DNA of 64,000 bases from an uncultured virus (IMG/VR IMGVR_UViG_3300025838_000029) (IMGVR_UViG_3300025838_000029:1-64000); one strand, 5' to 3'; positions 28,480 through 38,619 are shown, counted from the first letter of the stretch. Numbers and translations are program-made. Notes: generated by a model from the letters alone, not told the origin.

Positions 28480-28647
28480 TTCTGGTGGCTGTCGCACTTT
28501 CAGTTTCTGGAACAGCCCACCAGAACGAAGCCGGGGATGTCACTCAACCTTAACCACCGTCTTTAGTCATTTGTGGTTGAAGTGATCAAGTGTCGCGGCA
28601 GCAGGGGTTTGGTCATTGGCCCCCTGGATTTGGACATCAATCCCCGG
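28480..28647. ncRNA. candidate structured RNA in a convergent intergenic region
   Basis: Hairpin 28480-28525, then ccggggatgtc pairing with gacatc/tccccgg and enclosing two inner stems. Confidence 0.4.
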
Positions 28648-28654
28648 AACGGGC

Positions 28655-29896
28655 TTATCCTTTACGGATTGAGTCAACCCATAGATATGCCTTAGCGATA
28701 CAATCACCCCATTCGTAAAGCCTCTCCTGACGAATAATCTTCATACGAGGATACCAAGGTGACTTATCGCCAGTAGTAACAAGCCAACGCCAATCAGGAA
28801 CGGCAGGAATAAGAAGGCAAACTGGAATATCCAATGCACCGGCAAGATGAGCAACTCCCGTATCACAAGTGACAAGAGCATCCATGGATTTTAAAAATGT
28901 CGCAGCAGCACTCCACTTGGCTTCAATCAACCCAGATAAATCTGTCACCAAAGCTTGCGCTCCAGCATTCGCTATAGCAGCGGAATGCTTGCCAACCTGA
29001 AAGCTGAACAAATCCCAATCAGGGGAATTAGCTAAAGGAAGAAACTCCTCAAAGAGGATGGACCTCCAGCTATCACGCAAATGACCCGTGCTTCCCGCCC
29101 AACAGATTCCAACATTGAACCCTGTGCGACTCTGAGGCTTGTCCATTTCAGCATAGGTAAGAAGACCAGGATCCGAAGGAAGCGTATCCGGCATAATGTC
29201 AAAAAGCTTCGGAACACTATGAAGAAGGATCTCTTCATCAACTCCATCAACCGCATATCCCTTTAAGGAAATGTCTCCATATTCTTTATATCCCTGGAAT
29301 AAGGAGTACATCGAAGCTGGGACGGAAAATGTAACCTTGCTTGCATGTTCAGCAATCAAAGGAACAAACCGGGCAAACTGAATAGCGTCACCCGCACCCT
29401 GTTCACTGGAAATAAGAATATGCTTTCCCTTCAGATCGTCCGGATATCCGCCAAAAGGTTGAGCAACAAACCTATGATCAATTATATTGATCCTATGTTC
29501 GTACTCATTCCACCCCTCATCCCACTCCCCTAGAAGCATCAGAGAGGCCGAATAATCAATATGAAAGGCCGTATTCTCAGGATTATATAAAACAGAGGTT
29601 GCAAAAGAATCCCTCGATTCCTCAAACAACCCGATTGCACTCTGCGCTAAACCAAGGATGCTCCAAGCACCCCCAATATTCTGGTTCTTATCGAGAACCT
29701 CAGAAACCATAGAAATGGATTCTTCTGGCTTTCCAACGCGCAAAAGAGTGCTGGCCAAATTTAATTGATAGCTAATCTGACTAGGGTCAATCGATACAGC
29801 ACGACGCAGACAAGCCTCTGCCGCATGATGATTGCCTGCATTAATCCGGATAATACCTAGGCTTGCAAGCTCACGGGCATAAATCAAAGGGTCCAT
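28655..29896 (-). CDS. TPR + GT-B (GT9-like) glycosyltransferase
   Basis: N-terminal TPRs; EQGAGDAIQFARF, VGICWAGS, TCDTGVAHLAGAL, DWRW, SPWYP. Confidence 0.88.
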   Translation of the reverse strand: MDPLIYARELASLGIIRINAGNHHAAEACLRRAVSIDPSQISYQLNLASTLLRVGKPEESISMVSEVLDKNQNIGGAWSILGLAQSAIGLFEESRDSFATSVLYNPENTAFHIDYSASLMLLGEWDEGWNEYEHRINIIDHRFVAQPFGGYPDDLKGKHILISSEQGAGDAIQFARFVPLIAEHASKVTFSVPASMYSLFQGYKEYGDISLKGYAVDGVDEEILLHSVPKLFDIMPDTLPSDPGLLTYAEMDKPQSRTGFNVGICWAGSTGHLRDSWRSILFEEFLPLANSPDWDLFSFQVGKHSAAIANAGAQALVTDLSGLIEAKWSAAATFLKSMDALVTCDTGVAHLAGALDIPVCLLIPAVPDWRWLVTTGDKSPWYPRMKIIRQERLYEWGDCIAKAYLWVDSIRKG

Positions 29897-29897
29897 G

Positions 29898-31661
29898 TTA
29901 TTCCTTCACAGTAAAAGAGATGGGAGATTTCCCACTGATGTAGGAGAACCATGCAGAGGAAAAAACATTCTCCATGAGTTCTCCAAACTTTTTGATGTTG
30001 CAAAGCGGTGAGCTAAGAAGACGATCTCTCATTCCAAACCTTATCGCTCGTAAATAATTTGGATTCTCCGCAAGGGATATAGCCTTTTTGCGATATTCAG
30101 CAGGAGAGGAAGCAATGAACTCATCAAGCCATATAGACTTTAAATAGGCTGATGAATGGCGGGAGGGGTAAGTGAACTTAGGAAGAGTGATAACCGGCAA
30201 CCCCATCCATAAGCATTCAGTCGTTGTAACCCCTCCTGCATAGGGAAAGCTATCAAGCGCAATGTCAACCTGACCCATTGCCTCTTGATGCTCCTCTGAA
30301 GAGGAATAGCCAAGAAAGGAAATCCTCTCAGGATTAATCCCCCGATCACTGAACATCTGGCGATAACGAGATACAGTGTCAGGACAGTCCAAAGCAGGAG
30401 ACTTCATTAGAAGCTTAGACTTCGGAACAGAGGAAAGAATGTCAGACCACAACGTTATGACGTTAGAGCCAATCTTTTTCAGAACATTGAAGGATCCAAA
30501 GGTGATGTACCCATTCCTGTCAAAGGGTAAGGAAGGAAGAGGATCATAATAAGAAGGCTCAAAACATACCGTTGTATGAGGAAGCTTGATCAGCTTCTCA
30601 GTAAAATACTCGTCCAGGCCATCAAGCTCAGTCTTACTGGCAATCAGGTAATCCATTTGAGGGGAACCCGTAGTGCCAGGATACCCAAACCAAGTCATTT
30701 GAATCGGGGCAGGCTTTCTTGCAAAGACCTCGAGTCTATTCCCAGCCGTATACCCGGCGAGATCAACCAGAATATCAATTTCATCCAACATGATACGTTT
30801 GTGAAGCTCATCGTCATCTAATCCATAAGCAGGAACAAAGGCCCCAACGTTCCTGAATCTCCTTGAGATATGATCCTCAAGTGGTGTTGTTGAATAGAAA
30901 AACAGGCTATAATTCATGTCAGAAAGGTACTCAGCAACCGGAGCAACCGCTAATCCAACAGGGTGCTTTCTAAGGTCGCCAGAGACAAATCCGATTGTTG
31001 GTCTTGTATGCTCCCGTTTCTGATGGAGCGTAATCGGGTAATTCAGATGACGACGGGCGACAAACTCAGACTGAGCAAGGACAAGAACAGGATCATCCTG
31101 CCGATAAAGTTCTGAGAAGGCGATATTGAAAGAAGGGTTCTTAGCCATAGGGTCATGGCGCCCCGCTTCCGTAAAACACTGAATCGCTTCATCAACCCGT
31201 CCCTGATCGAGATAAATATTGCCAAGATTGTTCCAGGCACTCGTAAAAAATGGGTTGAGTTCAAGTGCCTTCTTTAGGGAAACTTCCGCATCTCCAAGCT
31301 TGCGAAGGCTCTGAAGCGTAAGCCCAAGGTTGCTGTAAGACTCACTGCTGTTGGCATTCAAATGTATAGCCTCTCTGAAATGACGTTCAGCCTCCTCATA
31401 CCTCATAAGAAGATGACAAAGCAGACCGCAATTAATGTTGGAAGGAAGGTTATCTTTGTTGATAAGGATAGAGCGGCGATAGTCCTCAATCGCCTTCTTG
31501 ATGATACCCGTCTGATGCTCAATCATGGCAACATGGGCGTAAAGGTCAGACCGTTCAGGAGAGAGGCAGACGGCAGATCTGAATGTATCTGCCGCTGCTA
31601 AATATTCTCTCTTCATAAAATGACGGGTTGCCTTGGCGAAAAGAGTTACAGCATTCACCAT
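29898..31661 (-). CDS. TPR + GT41 glycosyltransferase (OGT/SPINDLY-like)
   Basis: TPRs; IGFVSGDLRKHPVG, DILVDLAGYT, PAPIQMTWFGYPGTTG, FGSFN..KI, LDSFPYAGGVTT.ECLWMGLPV. Confidence 0.93.
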   Translation of the reverse strand: MVNAVTLFAKATRHFMKREYLAAADTFRSAVCLSPERSDLYAHVAMIEHQTGIIKKAIEDYRRSILINKDNLPSNINCGLLCHLLMRYEEAERHFREAIHLNANSSESYSNLGLTLQSLRKLGDAEVSLKKALELNPFFTSAWNNLGNIYLDQGRVDEAIQCFTEAGRHDPMAKNPSFNIAFSELYRQDDPVLVLAQSEFVARRHLNYPITLHQKREHTRPTIGFVSGDLRKHPVGLAVAPVAEYLSDMNYSLFFYSTTPLEDHISRRFRNVGAFVPAYGLDDDELHKRIMLDEIDILVDLAGYTAGNRLEVFARKPAPIQMTWFGYPGTTGSPQMDYLIASKTELDGLDEYFTEKLIKLPHTTVCFEPSYYDPLPSLPFDRNGYITFGSFNVLKKIGSNVITLWSDILSSVPKSKLLMKSPALDCPDTVSRYRQMFSDRGINPERISFLGYSSSEEHQEAMGQVDIALDSFPYAGGVTTTECLWMGLPVITLPKFTYPSRHSSAYLKSIWLDEFIASSPAEYRKKAISLAENPNYLRAIRFGMRDRLLSSPLCNIKKFGELMENVFSSAWFSYISGKSPISFTVKE

Positions 31662-32284
31662 AGGAGGTACGAGCCTCCGCTAATGAGGAACTGAACTTCG
31701 TGATTGCCGTATAAGAGATCTGTCTCCAGGCTCATCTTCCTTATGCCCGTTGGTGGTCCCATATAAGCAATCACTTCGTCATAAGTCATGCCGTTCCGAA
31801 GGTGCTTGAATTTCTCATCAATCGTTTCAAGCCGCGAGAATGAAGCTTGTTGGACAACTGGCTTCCTGTCCTCCTCTGCCATTTTGTAGATGAGATCCCT
31901 GATCTGGCCAGGATCAAAGGAAACCTGTGCAATGCAGGAAACCCGAAGATGATCCTCCTCCATAGAGGGAACTACAGAAATCGGGGTTATCTTAACCACA
32001 GAGCCAACCCACGACTTCACTCTCTGAAGAAGCTTCTCATCAACCTTGCCGCTGGATTCATTCGTGGTAATCGTCGTAGAAGCCGTAACGATTGTCCCTG
32101 ACGCCTCAAGTGCTTTTCTCGCTGCTTTGGCGAAGCAAGCCGATCTTGCAGCGGAATTGGTGTCAGAATCAGAGGCAATATAGGATGCACTTTGCATGAC
32201 TGTTGCCGCCTCAACTGGGACAAATGAGGCAATAAGAGGGGTAATTATCGTAAGAAGTGGAATTAATTTCCTCATAATGGTCAC
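31655..32284 (-). CDS. secreted protein (LPP20/FlgT-N-like domain + SmpA/BamE-like motif)
   Basis: Signal peptide ending VEA; AR..C...AARKALE; GMTYDEVIAYMGPP. Confidence 0.55.
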   Translation of the reverse strand: MTIMRKLIPLLTIITPLIASFVPVEAATVMQSASYIASDSDTNSAARSACFAKAARKALEASGTIVTASTTITTNESSGKVDEKLLQRVKSWVGSVVKITPISVVPSMEEDHLRVSCIAQVSFDPGQIRDLIYKMAEEDRKPVVQQASFSRLETIDEKFKHLRNGMTYDEVIAYMGPPTGIRKMSLETDLLYGNHEVQFLISGGSYLLW

Positions 32285-32862
32285 TCCTTAATGACTTCTG
32301 GACGAGGCGCAGAAGCCGGTTGAGGAGGCTCAGAAGCCTTCTTTATGTCGTTATCAAGCTCCTGATAGGCTTTTGAGGCGCGAAAATCATCCCGTGCAGT
32401 GTGATCAGACTGAGCAATTGCTTGCACCAGAGGGGCATTAAGTAAAACCCAAACCCGATAACCACCATTCTCAATGACGATCTTCTGATCCTTAACGATG
32501 TATCCGGAAATCGGCGCATTGATGGCCGTCTCTTTAACTGTCCTCTCAAAGTGAGAAGCAATGACTCTGGCGTCCTCAAGATGATCGGTTGTTTTTAGAG
32601 AGAGCTTTCCGGAAATCTTTTCGGCAATCTGTCGTCTGGCCTGAAGGGAAGCCTTATCGATGGCCAACTGAAGATCCGAACTGGTAGCCGTTGCCACACC
32701 GATCAGCTTCCCGTCATCATCAGGTGGGCTTGTGTACCAGCCAGGACTTTCGTCAGCAACCCGGCTGACTTGTTGCTCTATATAAGCAGGAGTCCCCGGC
32801 TTCGGGGATGAACAGGCCGTTAAAGCTATCGCAGAGACTGCGACATAAAGAACGTGTTTCAT
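32281..32862 (-). CDS. LPP20-family lipoprotein
   Basis: Lipobox ALTAC; PGWY..PP, GVATATSSDLQLAIDKA...AR.QIA. Confidence 0.75.
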   Translation of the reverse strand: MKHVLYVAVSAIALTACSSPKPGTPAYIEQQVSRVADESPGWYTSPPDDDGKLIGVATATSSDLQLAIDKASLQARRQIAEKISGKLSLKTTDHLEDARVIASHFERTVKETAINAPISGYIVKDQKIVIENGGYRVWVLLNAPLVQAIAQSDHTARDDFRASKAYQELDNDIKKASEPPQPASAPRPEVIKE

Positions 32863-32873
32863 AAAACCCTCCG

Positions 32874-33158
32874 TCATTTAATCCATTCAGTTTGCTGTCT
32901 TGCCCACTCAAGAAGATCACTTTTGCGGTAACTCACATAGTTCCATCTGAACCGGATGTAAGGTGGGCCTCCCCCCGCATTGTTATTGATGGCCATGTTT
33001 GCCAAACGCTTTGTGGAAATTGGACACCCAATTGATTTCAGAAAGACGGTTGCCGCTTTCCGATTGAGCCATTCATCCCCATCCTCAAGAAGGAGTTTTG
33101 ACTTCTTCATGTTCTCCCTAAACTCTTCCTTGAGCTTATCGGTTAAAACGCCAGCCAT
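32874..33158 (-). CDS. AlpA/excisionase-like HTH protein
   Basis: WLNRKAA..FL....TKRLAN....GGGPPY.....VSYRKSDLLEW. Confidence 0.75.
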   Translation of the reverse strand: MAGVLTDKLKEEFRENMKKSKLLLEDGDEWLNRKAATVFLKSIGCPISTKRLANMAINNNAGGGPPYIRFRWNYVSYRKSDLLEWARQQTEWIK

Positions 33159-33262
33159 CTTGTAACCTCACTAAGAAACCCATTGGATCAATCTTATCCC
33201 ATTGGATTTAGATTATCAAAAGGTTCTTGAACGTTCCCAACAAATCAAGACAATCTCTCCTA

Positions 33263-33436
33263 ATGACGCACTTTGAAAAACTGATACAGCAGGCACAGGC
33301 AGACTGTGTCGCGGCGATGATGAAGGCGGAATTAGGAAATTCCCACCTTCATGCGTTTCTCAAGGGGCAGCATGGAGGTTTAACCGTCGCCTTGCAGATT
33401 TTTAAAAAAGCAATGCGGCTTGATGCGGAGGAATGA
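33263..33436 (+). CDS. small head-module protein
   Basis: Directly before the GroES-like gene; GQHGGL..A. Confidence 0.55.
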   Translation: MTHFEKLIQQAQADCVAAMMKAELGNSHLHAFLKGQHGGLTVALQIFKKAMRLDAEE

Positions 33437-33894
33437 TGAGCTTACCGAAGAAAGAAGAAACAGTAGAGGATGTCTTTCCAGAGATCCCTTGTGGACATAT
33501 ACCCTTCGGAATGTTTGTCATTGTCCAGATTAAGTTATCCAAGCGCGTAACGTCTGGGGGCATCATCATCATTGATGATACCAAGCAGACAGAACAGGAC
33601 AATACGCAGGTTGCCAAGGTCGTCGCTATCGGGCCAGCAGCATTTAAAGATCGTCGTACCTTTGAGCCATGGCCGGAAGGGGCTTGGTACAAGGTCGGTG
33701 ATTATGTTCGTTGCCCGAAATATGGCGGTGATCGCTGGCGGGTAGATTATGAATATCAAGAGGAAGAGCGTAAGGTGGGGAACCTCGTTCTTGCTCCATC
33801 AGTTGTGCAGGGGAAAGTGGAGTTTGCCATGTTCAAGGACATGGACATCCGGTCCTCTGTAGAAGACCCCCTTAAAATCAAGGCGTATATCTAA
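33433..33894 (+). CDS. GroES-like co-chaperonin
   Basis: VTSGGIII, AKVVAIGP.AFKD, WYKVGDYVR.PKYGG. Confidence 0.85.
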   Translation: MMSLPKKEETVEDVFPEIPCGHIPFGMFVIVQIKLSKRVTSGGIIIIDDTKQTEQDNTQVAKVVAIGPAAFKDRRTFEPWPEGAWYKVGDYVRCPKYGGDRWRVDYEYQEEERKVGNLVLAPSVVQGKVEFAMFKDMDIRSSVEDPLKIKAYI

Positions 33895-35081
33895 TGGCTG
33901 GTAGAGAAGCACAGATCCTGACTGACGACGATGACGATAGTGGCGTAGGCATCGCTGAAGCGGTATCCAGCAATGCACCGGCAGGGCTTGCCAACAATAA
34001 TGTTGGATTAGGCTCCCGTATCGATAATCGTCCCCCGGAAGCCCCTCAGACTGAATTTGAGATCATCGAGACGGATGATAACTTCAATCCTCTCGATCAA
34101 GTCCATGTAGAGCCTGAGAATCGCAATGAAGGACAAGAGGAAACTCTTGTTCAGGAAACGCAGCAGGAACGTGAGGAACGCGCTCATCGTGGTAAGCGTC
34201 CTCCGAAAGCTGTTCGGCAGAGGGAAGCAAAGGACCGGACGGTAAGTGAGCTTAATTTCCTTCGTAGCCGGGTTCAGGAACTTGAGACAAAGGTAACGCA
34301 AAGCGTTGAGCCTCGTCTTTCTGAGTTCGATGAAAACCGTCGCCGGATGGAATTGACAGCGGTTGAAAATGCTCTTGCGGAAGCAGAGAGCCGCTCAATC
34401 CATGCTTATAAGAAAATGTCAGAGGCAATGGTCAATGCTGATGGAGATGCTTTTGCAAAAGCTCTCCAAGAGCGGGATGAAGCCATTCTTCATGGGCAGC
34501 GGTTGCAACTCCGTAAGAACCAGATGACGACTGAAGCGCAGAGCATTCAGCAACGTCAGCAGCAACCCGCTCAACAAACGCAACCGACACAGCGTCAGTC
34601 TCCGCCGATCCCTTCGATGGTGCAAGAATACATCGATGACTTCACTGAAGAGTTCCCATGGTACAATCCAAAGTCTGGCGATGTAGATTCACAGATTGTC
34701 CTTATGCTCGACAATGAAGTCGCCTCTGAAGGTTTTGATTCAAAGACTCCAGAGTATTGGGAAGAATTGCGCTATCGCATGGAGCGCAGGCTTCCTGATC
34801 GTTTTGAAAGCCAGAAAGCTCCAAAACAGGCACAAAGAGCAAGACCTCAGACCCAGCAGATTGCGCCTCAAAAACGTGGGCCGCAAATTGGAGGAGGGTC
34901 TGAGAGAAGTGCAGGAACACCTTCTAATCAAGTCTATATTAATCCCGACAGAAAGAGGGCGCTTATAGCTGCCGGGGCGCTAGACAGTGATGGAAGAACT
35001 GTGGTAAACAGAGATAAGTTTAATGGGTACTTGAAACAGTACCGTGACTTTGATCGCGCAAACGGCGTGGTTCGGCAATGA
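33894..35081 (+). CDS. putative capsid scaffolding protein
   Basis: Acidic N-terminus, long coiled coil, PWY motif; upstream of the capsid gene. Confidence 0.6.
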   Translation: MAGREAQILTDDDDDSGVGIAEAVSSNAPAGLANNNVGLGSRIDNRPPEAPQTEFEIIETDDNFNPLDQVHVEPENRNEGQEETLVQETQQEREERAHRGKRPPKAVRQREAKDRTVSELNFLRSRVQELETKVTQSVEPRLSEFDENRRRMELTAVENALAEAESRSIHAYKKMSEAMVNADGDAFAKALQERDEAILHGQRLQLRKNQMTTEAQSIQQRQQQPAQQTQPTQRQSPPIPSMVQEYIDDFTEEFPWYNPKSGDVDSQIVLMLDNEVASEGFDSKTPEYWEELRYRMERRLPDRFESQKAPKQAQRARPQTQQIAPQKRGPQIGGGSERSAGTPSNQVYINPDRKRALIAAGALDSDGRTVVNRDKFNGYLKQYRDFDRANGVVRQ

Positions 35082-35689
35082 GCGGAGATCTATACATGGA
35101 ATCGTATGAAGAGCAGGATATGTCGGAGTCGCCCTCGGTTCGGCGTCAGGGACGTAAGCCTCGTTCAACGATTGCCCATGCAGTGGATGAGCGCCTGGAG
35201 ACTGAACGGGGCTTTGATGAGCGTGATGTGCAGGAACGTGAGATCACTGAAGACGACCGTCTTGAGATGTTCCGCGACTCCTTGCAACAGTCGGTCTTAC
35301 CGGACCTTCCTCCAATGCCCGGTTTCCACGTCTGTTGGCTTAGTACATCAAACCCGCGAGATTCTATTCAGTGGCGCATCCGTATCGGATATGAATTGAT
35401 CCGAACCGATGATCTCCCTGGATGGGATGGTGTGTCTCTTAAAACAGGGGATTACGCTGGTGTGATTGGCGTCAACGAAATGGTGGCGGCGAAAATCCCA
35501 TTGGGCCTCTACAATAAGTATATGCGAGAGGTTCATCACAACATGCCTTTGCATGAAGAAGAGAAGCTTCGGACTCGTACCGAACTCCTCAAAGATCAGG
35601 CAAAGGCAATGGGTAGCATTATTGAAGAAGGTGACGGTATGGCCGAGATCGTACAACGAGCTAGGCCAATGGCGGAGTTTGACGCCTAA
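35078..35689 (+). CDS. conserved head-module protein
   Basis: LPDLPPMPGFHVCWLSTSN..D....R.R.GY. Confidence 0.65.
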   Translation: MSGDLYMESYEEQDMSESPSVRRQGRKPRSTIAHAVDERLETERGFDERDVQEREITEDDRLEMFRDSLQQSVLPDLPPMPGFHVCWLSTSNPRDSIQWRIRIGYELIRTDDLPGWDGVSLKTGDYAGVIGVNEMVAAKIPLGLYNKYMREVHHNMPLHEEEKLRTRTELLKDQAKAMGSIIEEGDGMAEIVQRARPMAEFDA

Positions 35690-35754
35690 AACGTCGTTAC
35701 TTGCGTTCATGGACTAGCTCTTTTGGGTTAAAAACCTTTTGGAGCTAGACAAAG

Positions 35755-36378
35755 ATGGCATCAATTTCCTCGCCTTATGGCTTGGACCCCATCTCCAATC
35801 AGGAGGGGTTCAGCAACCGTTCTCTGCGTATTCAGAACGGTATTGCAAACGGATACGCTACCAGCATCTTCAAAAATTCGCCTGTGACGATTAACCCGGT
35901 AACGGGTACAATCCAGGCTGTCACCACTGCTGGCACGACGGCAACGGCAACTGGCCCGACTCAGATCTTCGGTGTCTTCCAGGGTTGTGAATACACTCCG
36001 CTTGGTGGTCGCCCGGTTGTGTCGAACTTCTGGCCTGCTGGTACATCAATCGATCCGAACTATGACTTCATGGTGTATGTAACACCGCAGTTCGATTCGA
36101 CCCTTCGTTTCAAAGTTCAGGCCAACGGCCCGATCACACAGGCGATGCTTGGCGCTCAATTCCAGCTTACAAACTTTGTGGGCAATACCGTAACTGGCCT
36201 GTCTCAGGTTCAGTTGGCGGCTTCCCCAATTGCGGCTGGTCAGTATGGCCAAGTCACTCTTGTAGAGTTCTTTGACAATACAGGCGTGTACGGGTCCATC
36301 GGTGATGCTTTCACGGATTGCATCGTCATTGTTAATGCCACCCAGCTTGGTGGTGCATCAGCGGCTTCCATCGGCTAA
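35755..36378 (+). CDS. capsid decoration / cement protein
   Basis: SPYGL.P, GVFQGCEY, F.VQANG; immediately before the MCP. Confidence 0.6.
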   Translation: MASISSPYGLDPISNQEGFSNRSLRIQNGIANGYATSIFKNSPVTINPVTGTIQAVTTAGTTATATGPTQIFGVFQGCEYTPLGGRPVVSNFWPAGTSIDPNYDFMVYVTPQFDSTLRFKVQANGPITQAMLGAQFQLTNFVGNTVTGLSQVQLAASPIAAGQYGQVTLVEFFDNTGVYGSIGDAFTDCIVIVNATQLGGASAASIG

Positions 36379-36408
36379 TGGCCGTATAGCTAGAGAAGGA
36401 GATTAGTT

Positions 36409-37323
36409 ATGGCCACTCCGATGAGGTCAACAGACTTTCGGGCCATCGTTGAGCCTATTCTTAATGAAGAGTTTGACGGTGTATATGAACAGCGCGTCGA
36501 TGAATGGCGCGGCCCTTTCCGTGAACAGACCGGCATTCCGCGTAACTACCATGAAGAGCCTGTGCTGTACGGATTCGGCGCAGCCCCTGAACTTCCGGAC
36601 GGTTCTCCGGTAACGTATCAGGCTGGTGGCGTTCTGTTTATGAAGCGTTACCAGTATCGTGTATGGGGTCTGGCTTTCGCCTTGACGCAAGTCCTGGTGG
36701 AAGACGGCGATCATATCCGTATCGGTCAGATCTATGCGCGTCATCTTGGTCAGTCTTTGATTGAAACCAAGGAAACCCTTTGCGCCAACATTCTGAACCG
36801 CGCTTTCAATTCATCCTATCCGGGTGGTGATGGCGTGTCGTTAGTGAACTCGGCCCATCCTATTCAGGCTGGTACGTTCTCCAATCAGTTGTCTACAGCG
36901 GCTGCTTTGTCGCAGACTTCTCTGGAGCAGATTCTGGTTCAGGTTCGTCAGGCAGTTGACAACAACGGCAAGCGCATTCGCTTGCAGCCTCGCGCTATCG
37001 TTGCTGCACCGTCTAACGTGTTCCAGGCTGAAACCATCCTGAAGTCGGCTCTCCGCACTGGTACTGCCAATAATGACGTGAACCCGATCAAGACGATGGG
37101 TTTGCTGAATGAAGGCCAGTACAACATGAGCCGTCTGACCAGCAACACCGCTTGGTGGGTTGTCACTGACGCCCCCGAAGGTCTGAAGCTGATGATGCGC
37201 CGTGGTCTGAAGCGCAGCATGGAAGGTGACTTTGAGACTGACACCATGCGGTTCAAAGCTACGGAACGATATATTCCGGGTTGGACTGATCCCCGTGCCG
37301 CTTTTGGCACCCCCGGCCTGTAA
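36409..37323 (+). CDS. major capsid protein (Mu gpT-like HK97 fold)
   Basis: VEPILN..F, GFGAAP, ETKE..CANILNRAF, GGDGVSL...HP, EGDFET...FKATERY..GWTDPR..FG. Confidence 0.9.
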   Translation: MATPMRSTDFRAIVEPILNEEFDGVYEQRVDEWRGPFREQTGIPRNYHEEPVLYGFGAAPELPDGSPVTYQAGGVLFMKRYQYRVWGLAFALTQVLVEDGDHIRIGQIYARHLGQSLIETKETLCANILNRAFNSSYPGGDGVSLVNSAHPIQAGTFSNQLSTAAALSQTSLEQILVQVRQAVDNNGKRIRLQPRAIVAAPSNVFQAETILKSALRTGTANNDVNPIKTMGLLNEGQYNMSRLTSNTAWWVVTDAPEGLKLMMRRGLKRSMEGDFETDTMRFKATERYIPGWTDPRAAFGTPGL

Positions 37324-37334
37324 GGAGTATTGAG

Positions 37335-37709
37335 ATGTCGGCACAAAGACTTTCTCTTGCTGCTGGTTCAACTGCGTCGAACGTCGTTCGTTTACCGACT
37401 TCGTTCCAAACGTGGAATGGCACTGGCATCGCTTGCCTGTTGAACTTTTCCGGTCAGGGCGCCGCTGGCGGTACTGCTGCTGCCGGTAACGTAACGCTTC
37501 AGGTTTCTCTCGATCCGAACGCTAACCCGTCAAACACCCCGGCTGTCCTGGCGACGGCGCGTTGGAACAACCATGATACGCTTGCCAGCATCACTGCTGA
37601 TAAGAACTCATCGATTGTTTACCAATGTGCTTATGTCCGGTTGGTTGGGACTGTTACTGCCGGTGTAGTCACTTGTGATCTTGGGTATCCTGATAGTGGC
37701 AACCCGTAA
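37335..37709 (+). CDS. virion structural protein
   Basis: beta-rich; VTLQVSLD, YVRL. Confidence 0.6.
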   Translation: MSAQRLSLAAGSTASNVVRLPTSFQTWNGTGIACLLNFSGQGAAGGTAAAGNVTLQVSLDPNANPSNTPAVLATARWNNHDTLASITADKNSSIVYQCAYVRLVGTVTAGVVTCDLGYPDSGNP

Positions 37710-37720
37710 GGAGATGTGAC

Positions 37721-37921
37721 ATGGCAAACGGTATTGCTGGTGATACCGCCGTCGTAGCTGCAAGCGGCTATCCCGCTGAAGATCTGATGGCGATTGAGCT
37801 TCGTGTTATTTCCAACATTTTGCAGTTGCAGCAAGGCAACTTCTCGTTGGACGAACTGAAGCAGCTTCGTAATGATCAAGCTCTTGAATTGAGCTTGGCT
37901 GTACCCGTACCGGGTAACTAA
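37721..37921 (+). CDS. hypothetical protein
   Basis: aggag RBS; IELRVISNIL. Confidence 0.6.
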   Translation: MANGIAGDTAVVAASGYPAEDLMAIELRVISNILQLQQGNFSLDELKQLRNDQALELSLAVPVPGN

Positions 37922-37965
37922 CCGATCCGGCGCTTCTCGGATCTTGACTAGGAAGGAAGAGTATT

Positions 37966-38619
37966 ATGCCTGTTATTTATGGTCAGGTGGCGGCTCCGTC
38001 CACCAGTTCTTTGGGTGACTCCACCAACGCTCCCCTGCTGCAAGGCAAGGCTGGCGAAGCCGTCGTCACTGAGTTGCATGGCAAGTGGTATACTGAAGCC
38101 TATCGTGGCCACGTTTTCACTGCCGCGACTGCGATTGCCGGTACTGCCGTTGGTACGGCCACCAGCACCAACCTCACCAGCTTGACGCTGTGGAACCCGC
38201 TGGGTTCGGGCGTTAACTTTGAGTTGATCTCTGTTGACGTTAACATCCTGGCGACCATCGGTGTCGGCGGTCTGGGCCTGTCCTATGCGACCGGTTTGGG
38301 CGCCAACATTGGTACTGGCGCTCCGGTGATTTCCGGTACGTTCATTACCCCGATCAACACCTTCATTGGTGCTTCGGCCACGGTTGCTGGTACTTCGGCT
38401 GCTAAAGCCGGAACCACCGTGTCGTTGACGACTGCTCCGGTGTTGTTCACCAACTTGGGCATCAGCACTCAGTCTTCGACGGCTGGTACTGGCGCGTATA
38501 TGACCCGTGTTGACGTTGATGGCAAGATCATCGTTGCTCCTGGCTCGTTGATCACTCTGGTCGCGGCTGCTGCTACGACTGCTTCTGCCAGCTTCTTCTG
38601 GGCGGAAATACCCGCCTGA
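37966..38619 (+). CDS. Ala/Thr/Gly-rich virion protein
   Basis: ELHGKWY, LWNPLGSG.N, IIVAPG, WAEIP; codon usage like the MCP. Confidence 0.7.
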   Translation: MPVIYGQVAAPSTSSLGDSTNAPLLQGKAGEAVVTELHGKWYTEAYRGHVFTAATAIAGTAVGTATSTNLTSLTLWNPLGSGVNFELISVDVNILATIGVGGLGLSYATGLGANIGTGAPVISGTFITPINTFIGASATVAGTSAAKAGTTVSLTTAPVLFTNLGISTQSSTAGTGAYMTRVDVDGKIIVAPGSLITLVAAAATTASASFFWAEIPA

